From assembly GCA_000503875.1 (NCBI GenBank), contig CP006913.1:930001-962000 (forward strand): 32,000 nucleotides of DNA, in the 5' to 3' direction. Below are positions 11,909-22,488 of this stretch, one piece after another. Numbering within the stretch: position 1 is the stretch's first letter; every line of letters starts with the position of its first letter. Under the pieces are notes generated by a model. It made no database searches. It was not told where the DNA came from and saw only the letters and a program-made list of their open reading frames with translations. The DNA comes from Candidatus Saccharimonadota bacterium (GTDB lineage Bacteria > Patescibacteriota > Gracilibacteria > Absconditabacterales > Absconditicoccaceae). A program made the translations under genes and the position numbers.

Positions 11909-13603
11909 TTATTTTTTGTTTTTGCTTTGGTCTAAAAAATCGGTACCATGGACAGCCGATAACACCGCATCGTATAAAGTCTTTCAGGCGGTTCGAAATC
12001 CATTTTCTTTGGTATATAGTAACTTCTCCCCAAAGAGAAGGCTAACCAAAGTCGATTTCAACTCAGTATTCGATAATTCCCAAACCGTTTTGGGTCACAT
12101 ATAAATCTTTTTTGCTTGAACCAATAAATTTTCTAGCTCCTCTTCAGACAGTTTTGAGTCTTTTTCGATCTCATTTTGGAGCTTTTCTTTTTCCAAACGA
12201 ACCAATTCCCATTCTCCTTCAAGTTCTTCTACGAGATGGATATTCTGAGTAGTAAGCATTGTCGTACGGATTTTTTTCATTCTTTCTGATACCTCATCAA
12301 GTGCTCTTTGCCTGTCTTGTTTGATCAATGCCTCATATTCATTTCTGTACTTCCATATTTCCTTGATAGTCTCTTCTATCAAATTTCGAACATCTTCATT
12401 AACTGCCACTTTATCCAGTAGTTGATCAAATTGTTCATTCATAAGGTCACGCTTAACTTGAAATCTGTGTGTATCTTTTTTGTTACCACATCCGTAATAA
12501 GCATATTTTTGACTGCGTCCTTTCGCTCGATATCCTGTTAGTTTCACTTCACAATGTCCGCAATATACAAAATCTTTCAATGGGAAATCAGGATTATTTT
12601 TTTGATAAATCTTCCCAATTAATGGATTCAGTTTCATTTTCTTGAGAATTTTCTCTACTGTTTCCATTGTAATCAATGGTTTATGTTTTGCAGGGATAAG
12701 TTCATTAATATCCCATTGAGGATAATAAATAAATCCTGCCATAAAAAAGAGTCTGTTTTCTGTAAACAGATTTTCTACGATAGTTTTGTATAATTCTCCT
12801 CTAGTATTATTCACACTATTGCTTTGTAATCATCTGTCTTTCATGAATCTGAAGACTGCTGATTCGCTTGCTAACATTCCATTGGCATACATTTCCAAGG
12901 CTTCTGAGATGATTGGTCATTTGATAGGATTGACAACTAGGATACTATTTTTGCCTTCTTTGACTCTTGTGTATCCAATTGGCGGTGTACCAAATGGTCG
13001 ATATCATTCTAGCATTCTTGATCTCATTCCATTTTTTGTTTTACATCTTGTGTTCCTTCTCTCAAAAGCTGAAAAAGCATAGAGAATATTCTCCTGGAGC
13101 ATTCCTGCACTGGAATTATAATCCGTAGGATAAAGAACATATACAATTTCTGATCAAGATTGTCTAATTTTACTTGTCATCATTAAAGTCTCTGCCATAT
13201 CATCATTTCTGGAGATTCTTGAATTATCTACACAGACAAAATGAGTAATAAAAGGCACTCATGTCCTTTCATCCTTAAGGGTTTCCAAAGGAAGCGGATC
13301 ACTAGCTTTCCTTTTCTTGTTTTGTTTAGCTCGCTTTTCAAATCTTTTTGTTTGTTTTCATAGGATATCGAGAACTTCATCGAATCCATCTCTTTCAAAA
13401 GATCATCAAGAAACTCATCAGTCCTTGATAATTTTGGCGATCTGAACATTGTTTTTTTCGCATCGATCTTTACACATCGATTCCTGTGTTTCAATACCGA
13501 ACTGTTCATTTTGTTGTTTTTTGGAAGATACACGGCAGTAGACTAACGCTACTTTCTTTGAATCATCCTTGCTCTTGTTTTCAAGAAGATTTTTTTTATA
13601 CAT
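11909..13603 (-). CDS. large serine recombinase (phage integrase)
   Basis: ATG 13603-13601. Resolvase domain VALVYCRVSSKKQ and DGGVSGGSFERDGF (four TGA = Gly, 13403-13420). Then a recombinase domain, zinc ribbon CGHC...YYGCG and a C-terminal coiled coil. The track stop 12095-12097 is TGA; the first real stop is TAA 11911-11909, adding 62 codons. Confidence 0.85.
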
Positions 13604-14040
13604 AGTTTGTTGTTAAAAAAGATAAAAAAGTAAAAAACACATTTGTTAGTGAAAGGTCTAGTTCTCCCAAACTATACCTTTTTTGTTATAACTAATATTA
13701 AGCCAATTTTCAAGCCAAATATAGATCAACAAATAACCTTCAAATGTGTTCGGCAAACTCCGATAACTTCTCCACTTCATCATCGGATAAATGATCTCAA
13801 GTTCTCCCTAGAAGAAATCTAGAGCTTGAGATTGGAAGTATTCTTTTTTTTTCGAAAAACTCCCCTGACTATGAGTAGTCAGTTTGTCAAAAGATGTTTC
13901 CATTGCTATAATTATGGTTAAAAAATAAAAGAAGACTAATTATATCACAAAAATAGAAAAAACACAAAAAATAGGCGGTTTGGGAGCATAATCAGCTTGA
14001 AAAAATAAAGAAACTTGATATAGTTATGCCAACGAAAAAA

Positions 14041-14092
14041 GAGTACTTGTGAATCTAGGAAGAATAATACCTTCCTGCGTTCTCAGGTACTC
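14041..14092. terminator. long imperfect hairpin flanked by an A-run and a T-run (candidate bidirectional terminator or structured RNA)
   Basis: Outer stem gagtacttgtgaat / gttctcaggtactc (one mismatch plus G:U pairs). Inner stem ggaag/cttcc with loop aataata. A6 at 14035-14040 and T5 at 14093-14097. Confidence 0.45.
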
Positions 14093-14118
14093 TTTTTAGT
14101 TATAAAAGAAATCCTGTG

Positions 14119-14550
14119 ATGAATCAAAAAAGATGAAGGAAACCAGTCACTGAGTATAAAACTCACTATAAAATGTATAAAGATGCATTTCAACATCTCC
14201 TTAGATATATCCATGAAAAGAATCTCCAATCACTGTATACCAAATGAAAGATCTCCTTTGGTATCCAAGAAAGCGATGTCGTCCTCTCCTATATTTTCCA
14301 AAACATAAAGATCGAATCAACGATCAAGATTGATATGTCTGACCGTAGACATATTGATGAGCTCAATAAAGCGATCCAAGATTTCTTTATCGATACTCGG
14401 TATATGTATGAATGGGACTGAACCCCTACCAAAAATCAGGACTTAGCTAGAATCCATTGAATTTCTCCTCAGGCGATGAAGGTCGCATTACAAAATATCA
14501 AAGACAAAATCCTCGAAGATTATGGCGAGCAACTTTCGTATCGTTCGTAA
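14119..14550 (+). CDS. putative DNA-binding protein with a C-terminal helix-turn-helix
   Basis: ATG 14119, TAA 14548-14550, with four in-frame TGA. The C-terminal QDLARIHGISPQAMKVALQNIKDKI looks like an HTH (sigma-70 region 4/LuxR-like). No family assignment was possible by eye. Confidence 0.5.
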
Positions 14551-14581
14551 TTTTTTCTTTTACTTTTTTTTCAATCTTCTC

Positions 14582-15805
14582 ATGCAATTACAAATCCAGT
14601 TATTCCCAATCGACAAGATTATCCCATATGAGTTCAACAACAAAATCCATCCTGAAGAGCAGACCAATAAAATAGCAAACTCAATCCAAGAATGTGGATT
14701 CAGAGCTCCTATTCTTATTGATGAGAATAATATCATCTTGGCAGGTCATGGTAGATTACTCTGAGCTCAGAAACTTTGATTGACTGAAGTTCCTGTGATC
14801 CAATACACCGATCTGAATGAACTCCAGAAAAAGAAATACAGAATCCTTGATAACAAATTATCTGATCTCGCTGAACGAGATATCGAAAACTTAAAGATCG
14901 AACTCGAGGCTATCGATGATCCTGATTTGAATCTCCTTTTTGATGATCTTAATCTATGATTGGATGATGAACTCGATGTCGATGAAGACAAAGAAGATGA
15001 AGCTCCTGAAGTTTCTGAGAAAATTTGGGTGGAGAAAGGAGATATTTTTCAACTCTGAGAACATAGACTTTTGTGTGGCGATGCTACCAAGCTTGATGAA
15101 GTCCAAAAACTAATGGATGGAGAGCTTTGCGATCTTGTGATAACTGACCCTCCTTACAATGTAAACTATGAAGGAAGTAATGGTCTTAAAATTCAAAATG
15201 ATAATATGGGAGATTCAGATTTCTATCAGTTCCTGTATGATGTATATACCAATCTTTGTATGGTACAAAAAGACGGTGGATCAATCTATGTGTTCCATGC
15301 TGATACTGAATGAGAGAATTTCAGAAAAGCGATGGTAAATGCTGGATACAAACTGTCTCAATGTTTGGTGCGAGTGAAAAATGCACTGGTAATGGGAAGA
15401 CAAGATTATCATCGAAAGCATGAACCTATCTTATATGGTTGGAAAAAAACATGATCTCACAATTGGTATTCAGATAGAAGTCAGACGACTGTTTGGAATT
15501 TTGATAAGCCTTTGAAAAACGATGTTCATCCTACGATGAAGCCAATTGATATTTTAGTCTATCCAATAAATAATAGTTGTAAAAAATGAGAACTGGTCGT
15601 TGATTTGTTTTGATGATCAGGAAGTACTATGATTGCTTGTGAGAAGACTTTTAGAAGATGTAATATGATGGAATTGGATGAGAGATATGTGCAAGTAATC
15701 ATTCAAAGATATTTTGAATACACAAAATGACAGAAACCTATCAAGTGCCTTTCTAGGAAATTAGATGTAAAGAAATTTTTATCAGAAACTCCAGATAAAA
15801 AATAA
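14582..15805 (+). CDS. ParB-like N-terminal domain fused to a beta-class DNA methyltransferase (DPPY, N6-adenine type likely)
   Basis: ATG 14582 (an alternative in-frame ATG lies at 14522), TAA 15803-15805. ParB-N pattern [18 protein letters not shown]...ILAGHGRL. MTase motif IV ITDPPYN lies upstream of motif I DLFGGSGST (GG = TGA TGA 15611-15616), plus VHPTMKP. Confidence 0.9.
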
Positions 15806-16284
15806 TGAGATATAATTGGTCAGAGCTTAGGAATGAATTTATGCAGGGAGATTATCTCTCAATTTTTGATTTCTACAAACAGCACCAAAACCGCACGAAA
15901 ACCGCACCTAAAAAAGATATGAATGGGCAACGAAAAAAGATGACAAAAGGTCGAGCTGAAGAAAAAGATCACATGAAAAAGCAAGTTGATAACCGAATAA
16001 CTGAACACAAAAACAGTATTGAAGATGAATTAAAAGCCAAGATGTCAGAAGAATTGCATGTTGATATCCAGGAGCTTATCAAACAAAAGAAAGCACTCTT
16101 TATTTTGATTAATAAAAAGATTGTTCATCTAGCCAAAAACAGTCCCGAAAATATCACTGCCAGGGATATTAACATTTTACTTGATATGGTAAAAAGGGAA
16201 CTTGGAGAACCGACTAATCTTAGCAAAAATCATAATATTGAAGAGAAATCCTTTATCCCTTCAGAAGATGAATTAGATGACTAA
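15805..16284 (+). CDS. terS: putative terminase small subunit
   Basis: Intact 159-aa ORF with no TGA. Its ATG overlaps the upstream TAA (TAATG) and its end overlaps the terL start by 8 nt. Its position directly upstream of terL is the main argument. Confidence 0.45.
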   Translation: MRYNWSELRNEFMQGDYLSIFDFYKQHQNRTKTAPKKDMNGQRKKMTKGRAEEKDHMKKQVDNRITEHKNSIEDELKAKMSEELHVDIQELIKQKKALFILINKKIVHLAKNSPENITARDINILLDMVKRELGEPTNLSKNHNIEEKSFIPSEDELDD

Positions 16285-17797
16285 CGAAGGGAATAAAAGA
16301 CCAACAAAACTGGCATCTAAATCCTGGAGATTATCTCATCTATACAAAATTGTTGATAAAAATTCTCAAACTATCACTTTCAAAAGAAATAATGCACAAG
16401 AAAAGCTTAATGCCTACATCAAAGAACTCAAAGAAAAAAACTGATTTGTGAGATTGATTATCTTGAAAGCAAGACAACTTTGAGTGACCACGGATAGATT
16501 GGTTGATGGTCTTGATGAATGTCTCTTAAAAAAGAATCAGAACATAGTTATCACTGCCCACAATAGAGAAAAGCAAAAAGAAATCTTCCAAAAAGTGAAA
16601 TACTCATACCAACAAACTCCTGACGGTCTTAGAACAGAAAAAGGTGTCCGATATAAGCCAAAACCAAAGTATGATAATGTGAATGAATTATATTTTCCTA
16701 CCAACCACTCTAAGATTCAAGTTTCCTTGGATAGTAGATCATGAACACCTACCAAACTTCATATCACGGAGCTTGCATTTAGAAACGATGCCAGGGAGAT
16801 GATGGCTGGTACTTTACCATCAATGCCAAAGACTGCTGACATCATTATTGAAACCACAGCCAATTGAGTAGGTAACTACTTTTATGAGATGTGGAATAAA
16901 TATTATGGAAGAGATGATGGAGAATTCAAAACGATCTTTATTGGTCGATGGTTTGCAGATGAATATGCAAGCGAGATAGAAGAAGGAGAAATGATTGTCC
17001 TTCCGATTGAACTCAAACATCTCGAACAACTCCCCATTACTGAATGACAAAAAAAATGGTATCTGCAACAATACGATCTTTTGTGAAGAGATGTTTTCCA
17101 AGAGTATCCAAGCACACCTGAGGAGGCTTTCTTGACTACTGGAGATACCGTTTTCAATATTCAGATTATCAAGAACCTAGAGAAACTAAAGTATGTCGAA
17201 GATATGAAATTTCCGAAACTCAGAATCTATGCAAAACCTGGAGAAAAATGTCTGTTTGGTATCGATACTGCTGAGGGTTGAAAGGATGGAGATAGCTCTT
17301 CTATCTCAGTCAGGGATACAGATATGAAACTCCTGGCTTTCTTTTACTGAACGATACCACCTGATGAACTGTGTGTGGTTGTTGATAGGCTTGTTGAATT
17401 ATGATACAAAGGGATCATTGGAGTTGAAAGGAATAATACCTGATTAACCACTATCACCAAAGCCAAGGAATATCCATGGTACGATATGCTCTATACAGAG
17501 AGAACTATTGATAAGATCACAAACCAACCGACAAGAAAATTCTGACGACAAACGAATACAAAAACAAGACCACTCATGATCAACGAATATGAAGAAGCGA
17601 TCAGAAGATGATTTATTGATCAGGTGGATGAGAGATTAAGAACGGAGATGTATTCGTTTATTTACAATGAGAAAAACAAACCAGAAGCACAGGAAGGAAC
17701 TCACGATGATGCGATCATCTCAGATGCTATCTGTTATCAAATGAGAAAGGAACTAGCATACGATATGAGCTGGGCATTAGAAACAACACAAAACTAA
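16277..17797 (+). CDS. terL: terminase large subunit
   Basis: ATG 16277, TAA 17795-17797. Walker A-like ILKARQLGVTT (Gly = TGA), IHITELAF. Nuclease-domain acidic motifs FGIDTAEGGKDGDSSS and THDDAIISDA. The whole frame was translated without TAA/TAG. Confidence 0.9.
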
Positions 17798-17835
17798 ATC
17801 TTGAAAAACAAAAAGGAAATCATATACATCATAGT

Positions 17836-18246
17836 ATGATGAAATATGTAAAAAACCTATTCTTAATTATAATTACAGGGATATATCTCATTCATAGCTC
17901 TTTTGCTTTAGGACTATGATTTTTGGGACATCATGAAAAAAATGTTGACCAAAATAATATAAAGACGACTCAAACTTGTTGATCTGAAAGTGAAAGTTGT
18001 TGTTCTACTACCAATAGCTGTATAAACCTTTGTGTATCAGAAGAATATCAAACTTATTCAACATCAAATTTAAAACTCCACGATCATAATGAACAATGTG
18101 ATGATAGTTCACTAAAATATCTTTCTTCATTTACATATAGATTAGAGGCACTTTATATAGTTTCTCTCAAGACTTCATTTTCACCCAAAAACATCTTTGC
18201 ATTTGATGCAACAGATCTCGTCTGAATTATTAAACTCACAATATAG
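17836..18246 (+). CDS. secreted Cys/His-rich small protein (possible metal-binding)
   Basis: ATG 17836, TAG 18244-18246. Signal/TM N-terminus MMKYVKNLFLIIITGIYLIHSSFA, then GHHEK, the cluster CGSESESCCSTTNSCINLC and HDHNEQC. Confidence 0.5.
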
Positions 18247-18268
18247 GATATAAATAACAACTTCGAAA

Positions 18269-18293
18269 AGCATATTTAGTATGCTCCTTTTTT
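18269..18293 (+). terminator. weak hairpin plus T-run after the Cys-rich gene
   Basis: Stem agcata (18269-18274) / tatgct (18280-18285), 5-nt loop, then cc + T6. The stem is short and AT-rich. Confidence 0.4.
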
Positions 18294-18313
18294 AGTTTTT
18301 ATTTTTATCTACA

Positions 18314-19246
18314 ATGAAACAAATGACACAAATGAACCCAAAACAACATATGCAACAAATTCTTATTATACTATGAGTAGCGATAATTATCGTAATAGGA
18401 TTTAGTTTCTTTCAAACAAACAGAGTTATTTCTTGGTTAGAAAATAATGAAGCTCAAAAAGTTTGATGACAAGAAAATTACGAAACTATTCAAAAAATAT
18501 ATTGAAGCGACACATTCAAGAGCCAACAAAAAGCATCATTAGGACAAGCATTAGGTCAAATGCAATGAAATACTAACGGGAATGATAATGCAAATACTAA
18601 ACAGACTCAACAAGAACAACCAAAACCTACAAACATAACTAAATCTGATAAACCAGCAGTAGATTTATTCATTATGTCATATTGTCCGTATTGACTACAA
18701 GCTCAAAAAGGAATCCTAGATGTAATGAAAAAAATGTGAAATGTTGCCGATATAAAGATTAAATTTGTGCATTATCTTATGCATGGAAAAAAAGAAGCTG
18801 AGGAAAATGTAAGACAATATTGTATACAAGATCAACAAAAAGATAAATATACAAAATATCTTGAATGTTTTTTGAAAGAAGAATGAAAATCTGAAAGCTG
18901 TTTAAGTGAAGTTTGAATTGATACATCAAAGTTGAATTCGTGTTACACTGATACATTTAAAAAATATAATATTGAAGAATTATTGGCTTCATGAGGACAA
19001 AATCCATCATTTCCTGTAAATGCTGATGAAAGTAAATCTTTTGGAGTACAATGATCTCCAACATTAGTTATCAATTGAGCTATTGTAAATGCTTGAAGAA
19101 GTGCGAATGATTACAAAGAAGCTATTTGTAATGCATTTAATGACAAGCCAGCTATTTGTAACGAAGATTTCGTAAAAGTTCCTTATGACCCTATGTTCGG
19201 TTTTACAAGTAATGGAAAATGAGTCGCATGATGATGTGGACAATAA
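18314..19246 (+). CDS. membrane-anchored DsbA-like thioredoxin-fold protein (active-site region CPY-TGA)
   Basis: ATG 18314, TAA 19244-19246. N-terminal TM helix and a Q/N-rich linker. FIMSYCPYG (18683-18694) sits at the position of a CxxC motif. The cis-Pro loop GVQGSPTLVINGAIV is typical of DsbA/Trx folds. The C-terminus is GKGVAGGCGQ. Confidence 0.7.
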
Positions 19247-19277
19247 TTTTTATTTGGTAATACCATACAGAAAATAT

Positions 19278-20441
19278 ATGAAAAAAATTATTGCCCTTTG
19301 TGGCTTACTTTTTGTGTTTTTTTATAGTTTAACATTTGCAGAAGAATATACTTTTTTCTATGGAAATTGATGTCCTCATTGTGCAAATGTTGAGAATTTT
19401 TTCAACGAAGAAAAAATTGAAAAAAAGTTTAATATAACATCTAAAGAAATCTATTTTAATAGGGACAATCTAAAAGATCTCAACTATTACTTAGAGAAGA
19501 TGAACCTTCCATCTGAAAAGATGGGTATCCCTTTTCTCGTCATTACTAGTTGATCAGATACTTCTTACCTCAATGGTGATGAACCTATTATTGATTTCTT
19601 TACGAAAAAGCTCAATCAAAATACTACTTCATGAACATGAGAAAATGTCGCCTCAACTTGTGCATTAACATCAGGTAGTGATTCTTCAACTTGTTCATGA
19701 TCTTCTACCACAAACTGAATAAATCCTCCATGAGGAGTCAAAGATTGATTCAAAAACAGACTTTCTTTCTTTGCTATTATGCTTCCTGCGGCGATCTCGG
19801 ATAGTATCAATCCCTGTGCTTTCGCAGTAATGTTTCTCTTATTGTCAGCAATATTATCAAAGCATAAAAGTAGAAAGAAGGCACTCCTTGCAGGATTTAT
19901 GTTTGCATTGGCGGTATTTATTAGTTATCTAGCAATGGGAATATGATTATTTTCTGCATTGGCATGATCTGGTAATACATTCATTCTCAAATTAGTAGTC
20001 TGAATCTTATGAATTCTTGTTTGACTTGCTAATATCAAAGATTACTTTTGGTATGGGAAATTGTTTGTGATGGAAGTTCCATTCTCACGAAGACCCAAAA
20101 TGGCAGATCTAATAGATAAGGTCTCTTCTCCACGATGAGCATTTGCTGTAGGAATTCTCGTAAGTTTATTCTTACTGCCATGTTCTTCATGACCTTACTT
20201 TACTATCTTAGGATATCTAAGTTCTGAAAGCAAAACACTAACTAATTGGTGATATCTCTACCTTGTTATATACAATCTAATTTTTGTATTACCTATGGTA
20301 ATTATTGCTATATTGGTTGGATTTGGATATAGCACAGTTGATAAATTAGCCAAAGTTAAACATCAGAATACAAAACTTATCCACTTAATCGTTGGACTGC
20401 TTATGCTTGGCTTAGGTATCTATGTACTAGTAACGATTTAA
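19278..20441 (+). CDS. fusion of an exported thioredoxin-like domain (CPHC) with a CcdA/DsbD-type transmembrane thiol-disulfide electron-transfer domain
   Basis: ATG 19278, TAA 20439-20441. Signal peptide, then FFYGNGCPHC (19368-19382). A Ser/Thr/Cys linker, then multiple TM helices with the two signature Cys motifs SINPCAF and LLPCSSGPY. Fully translated without TAA/TAG. Confidence 0.85.
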
Positions 20442-20460
20442 TTTATTTTGTGAAATTATC

Positions 20461-22410
20461 ATGGCAACATTCAAAGAATTACGATGAATACAAAAATTTC
20501 GTATGATCATAATATGACTATTGTGTATTCTGCCTTTAGAGATACTCTCTCTATATGGACAAAGGTTTTTAGGTATTTGAGAACGAATACTGTTTCTTAT
20601 TATCTGAATAATCTTTTGAAAAGAGATTTTATTAAAGGGAGTAAAGTCATTATTTCGTTTGAAATTCAGTGATATAAATCTTTTAATGATCATAGCGATT
20701 GGAGGTGCAAGTTATCTTGGTGAGCTTCCTGAAGCTATGATTATCATAGTACTTTTTGCTTTGGGAGAAATGTTGGAAGATTATTGAATTATGAAAAGCA
20801 AACAAGCACTAGAAAACCTTACAAACACTATGCCAAAGATAGGTTTTATAAAAGATATCTGAGAGGTTGCCATAGATAAGATCACGATTGGAAGTATCCT
20901 CATTGTCAAATCATGAGAGCAGATACCCGTAGATTGAAAAATTATTTTTGGTGATGCTTTGGTTGATGAAACAACTATAACCTGAGAACCTTTACCTAAA
21001 TCAAAAACAATAAGCGAAGCTGTCTTTTCGTGAACTATGAATATAAGTTGATATTTAGAAATAGAAACAACAAAGAAATGAGAAGATAGCACATTAGCAA
21101 AAATAATAAATATTACTTACAATTCTTCACAAAAGAAAGCTAACTATCAAAGATTTATACAGAAATTTGCACACTATTATACTCCATCAGTGATGGTTTT
21201 AGCTTTGCTATTAGTTGTCATACCAGTGGTCTTTCTCTGATGAGATTTTAATCACTGGTTTTGACAAGCTATTACACTTCTGATTATTGCTTGTCCTTGT
21301 GCTCTAGTTCTTTCTACTCCTGTAGCGGTTTTCTCTGCAATAGGAAATGCAACATCCCATGGCATTGTCATCAAATGAGCAAAATATCTGGAAGAAATAG
21401 GAAAAATAAAAGCAATCGCTATGGATAAAACCAGAACTCTTACAAAAGGAGAACCACAAATATCAGATATTATCTCACTTGATTGAGATGATGAGAATAC
21501 CTTCCTTGCATGTATAGGTGGTATGGAACAATACTCGGAACACCCCATCGCTCGTTGTGTTGTACAAGAGGCACAAAAAAGATGAATAGAATTACATAAA
21601 CATAAAGATTTTGTGTCAGTCTGAGGAAAAGGAATAAAATCTGAATGTTTAATTTGTAAGGACACCCATCGTTGTTTGGGAAGTGCTAAATTTGTCTGAG
21701 AAGAACATAATATACCAGAACAGATAAAGAAAAAAATCTATGCTTTAGAAGAAGAAGGGAAGACTATTATCCTTGTCAGTAGCCATCAAAAAGTCATCTG
21801 AATAATAGGAATCATAGATACTATAAGACAAGAAAGCAAAGATACTGTAAATGAACTAAGAAAGATGAGTATTGAAGTAGTTATGCTAACATGAGATCAT
21901 CAAAAAGCTGGAGAAATTATTGCCAAAGAAGTAGGAATAACGAATATCAAAGGCTGATTATTACCTGATCAAAAAGCTGAAGAAATAGAGAAATTAGTCA
22001 AAGAATATGGTAGTGTTGCTATGCTTTGAGATGGGGTAAACGATGCACCAGCTTTGGTATTGTCATCCGTAGGTATTGCTATGGGTGCAGTGTGATCTGA
22101 TATGGCTATAGAAAATGCAGATATAGCTCTTATGAATGATAAGATTTGACTGATACCTTATCTTATTCGCCTAAGTAGAAACTGTCATAATATTATTAAA
22201 TTCAATACAGCTCTCGCAATAGGAGTCAAAGCATGTGTGCTATGATTAGCAGTTTTTGGTATTAGTAATCTAAGTCTAGCGATTGTGAGTGATGTTTGAG
22301 TTACAATCTTTGTTGTTATCAATAGTCTAAGATTATTCTGAGTGAAAAATAAGTCTTTAAAGTTTGAACATAAAAGCAAAAAAGATGATTGTTGTGAGGC
22401 TTGTCATTAG
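20461..22410 (+). CDS. P1B-type heavy-metal-translocating ATPase (CPC type; Cu or Zn/Cd specificity unresolved)
   Basis: ATG 20461, TAG 22408-22410. [18 protein letters not shown] (21292-21300), the phosphorylation site as DKTRTLT (21424-21444), [24 protein letters not shown]. There is no N-terminal HMA domain. The C-terminal tail is [10 protein letters not shown]. Confidence 0.9.
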
Positions 22411-22456
22411 ATAAATATTCTGATTCAATAGATTGATAATATTTGAAATAATTTAT

Positions 22457-22488
22457 ACACAGTGGTAGTTTTATCACTGTGTTTTTTT
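22457..22488 (+). terminator. rho-independent terminator closing the cargo block, ending 1 nt before the portal ATG
   Basis: Stem acacagtg (22457-22464) / cactgtgt (22475-22482), 10-nt loop, T6 at 22483-22488. Confidence 0.65.

Noticed and set aside
11885-11999. A tmRNA or tRNA-like element. ggggtaactcggttcgaaattgg resembles the 5' end of ssrA, and cggttcgaaat recurs at 11893-11903 and 11989-11999 (T-loop-like).
   Set aside because: I could find no complementary 3' acceptor strand, no foldable T-arm and no plausible tag ORF. The second copy lies inside the open integrase C-terminal extension. An 11-mer pair within 100 bp is near chance expectation for 32 kb.
12095-12097. The integrase ending at this TGA, as the track shows.
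   Set aside because: The same gene uses TGA for Gly at conserved positions. Under code 25 there is no UGA termination, and the frame stays open for 62 further codons.
18692-18694. Selenocysteine (CxxU) at the TGA following C-P-Y in the DsbA-like protein.
   Set aside because: TGA is demonstrably a frequent Gly codon in this same gene (15 others) and throughout the window. I saw no obvious SECIS-like hairpin immediately downstream. This cannot be fully excluded without genome-wide sel gene and homolog checks, so it is kept only as a caveat in the findings.
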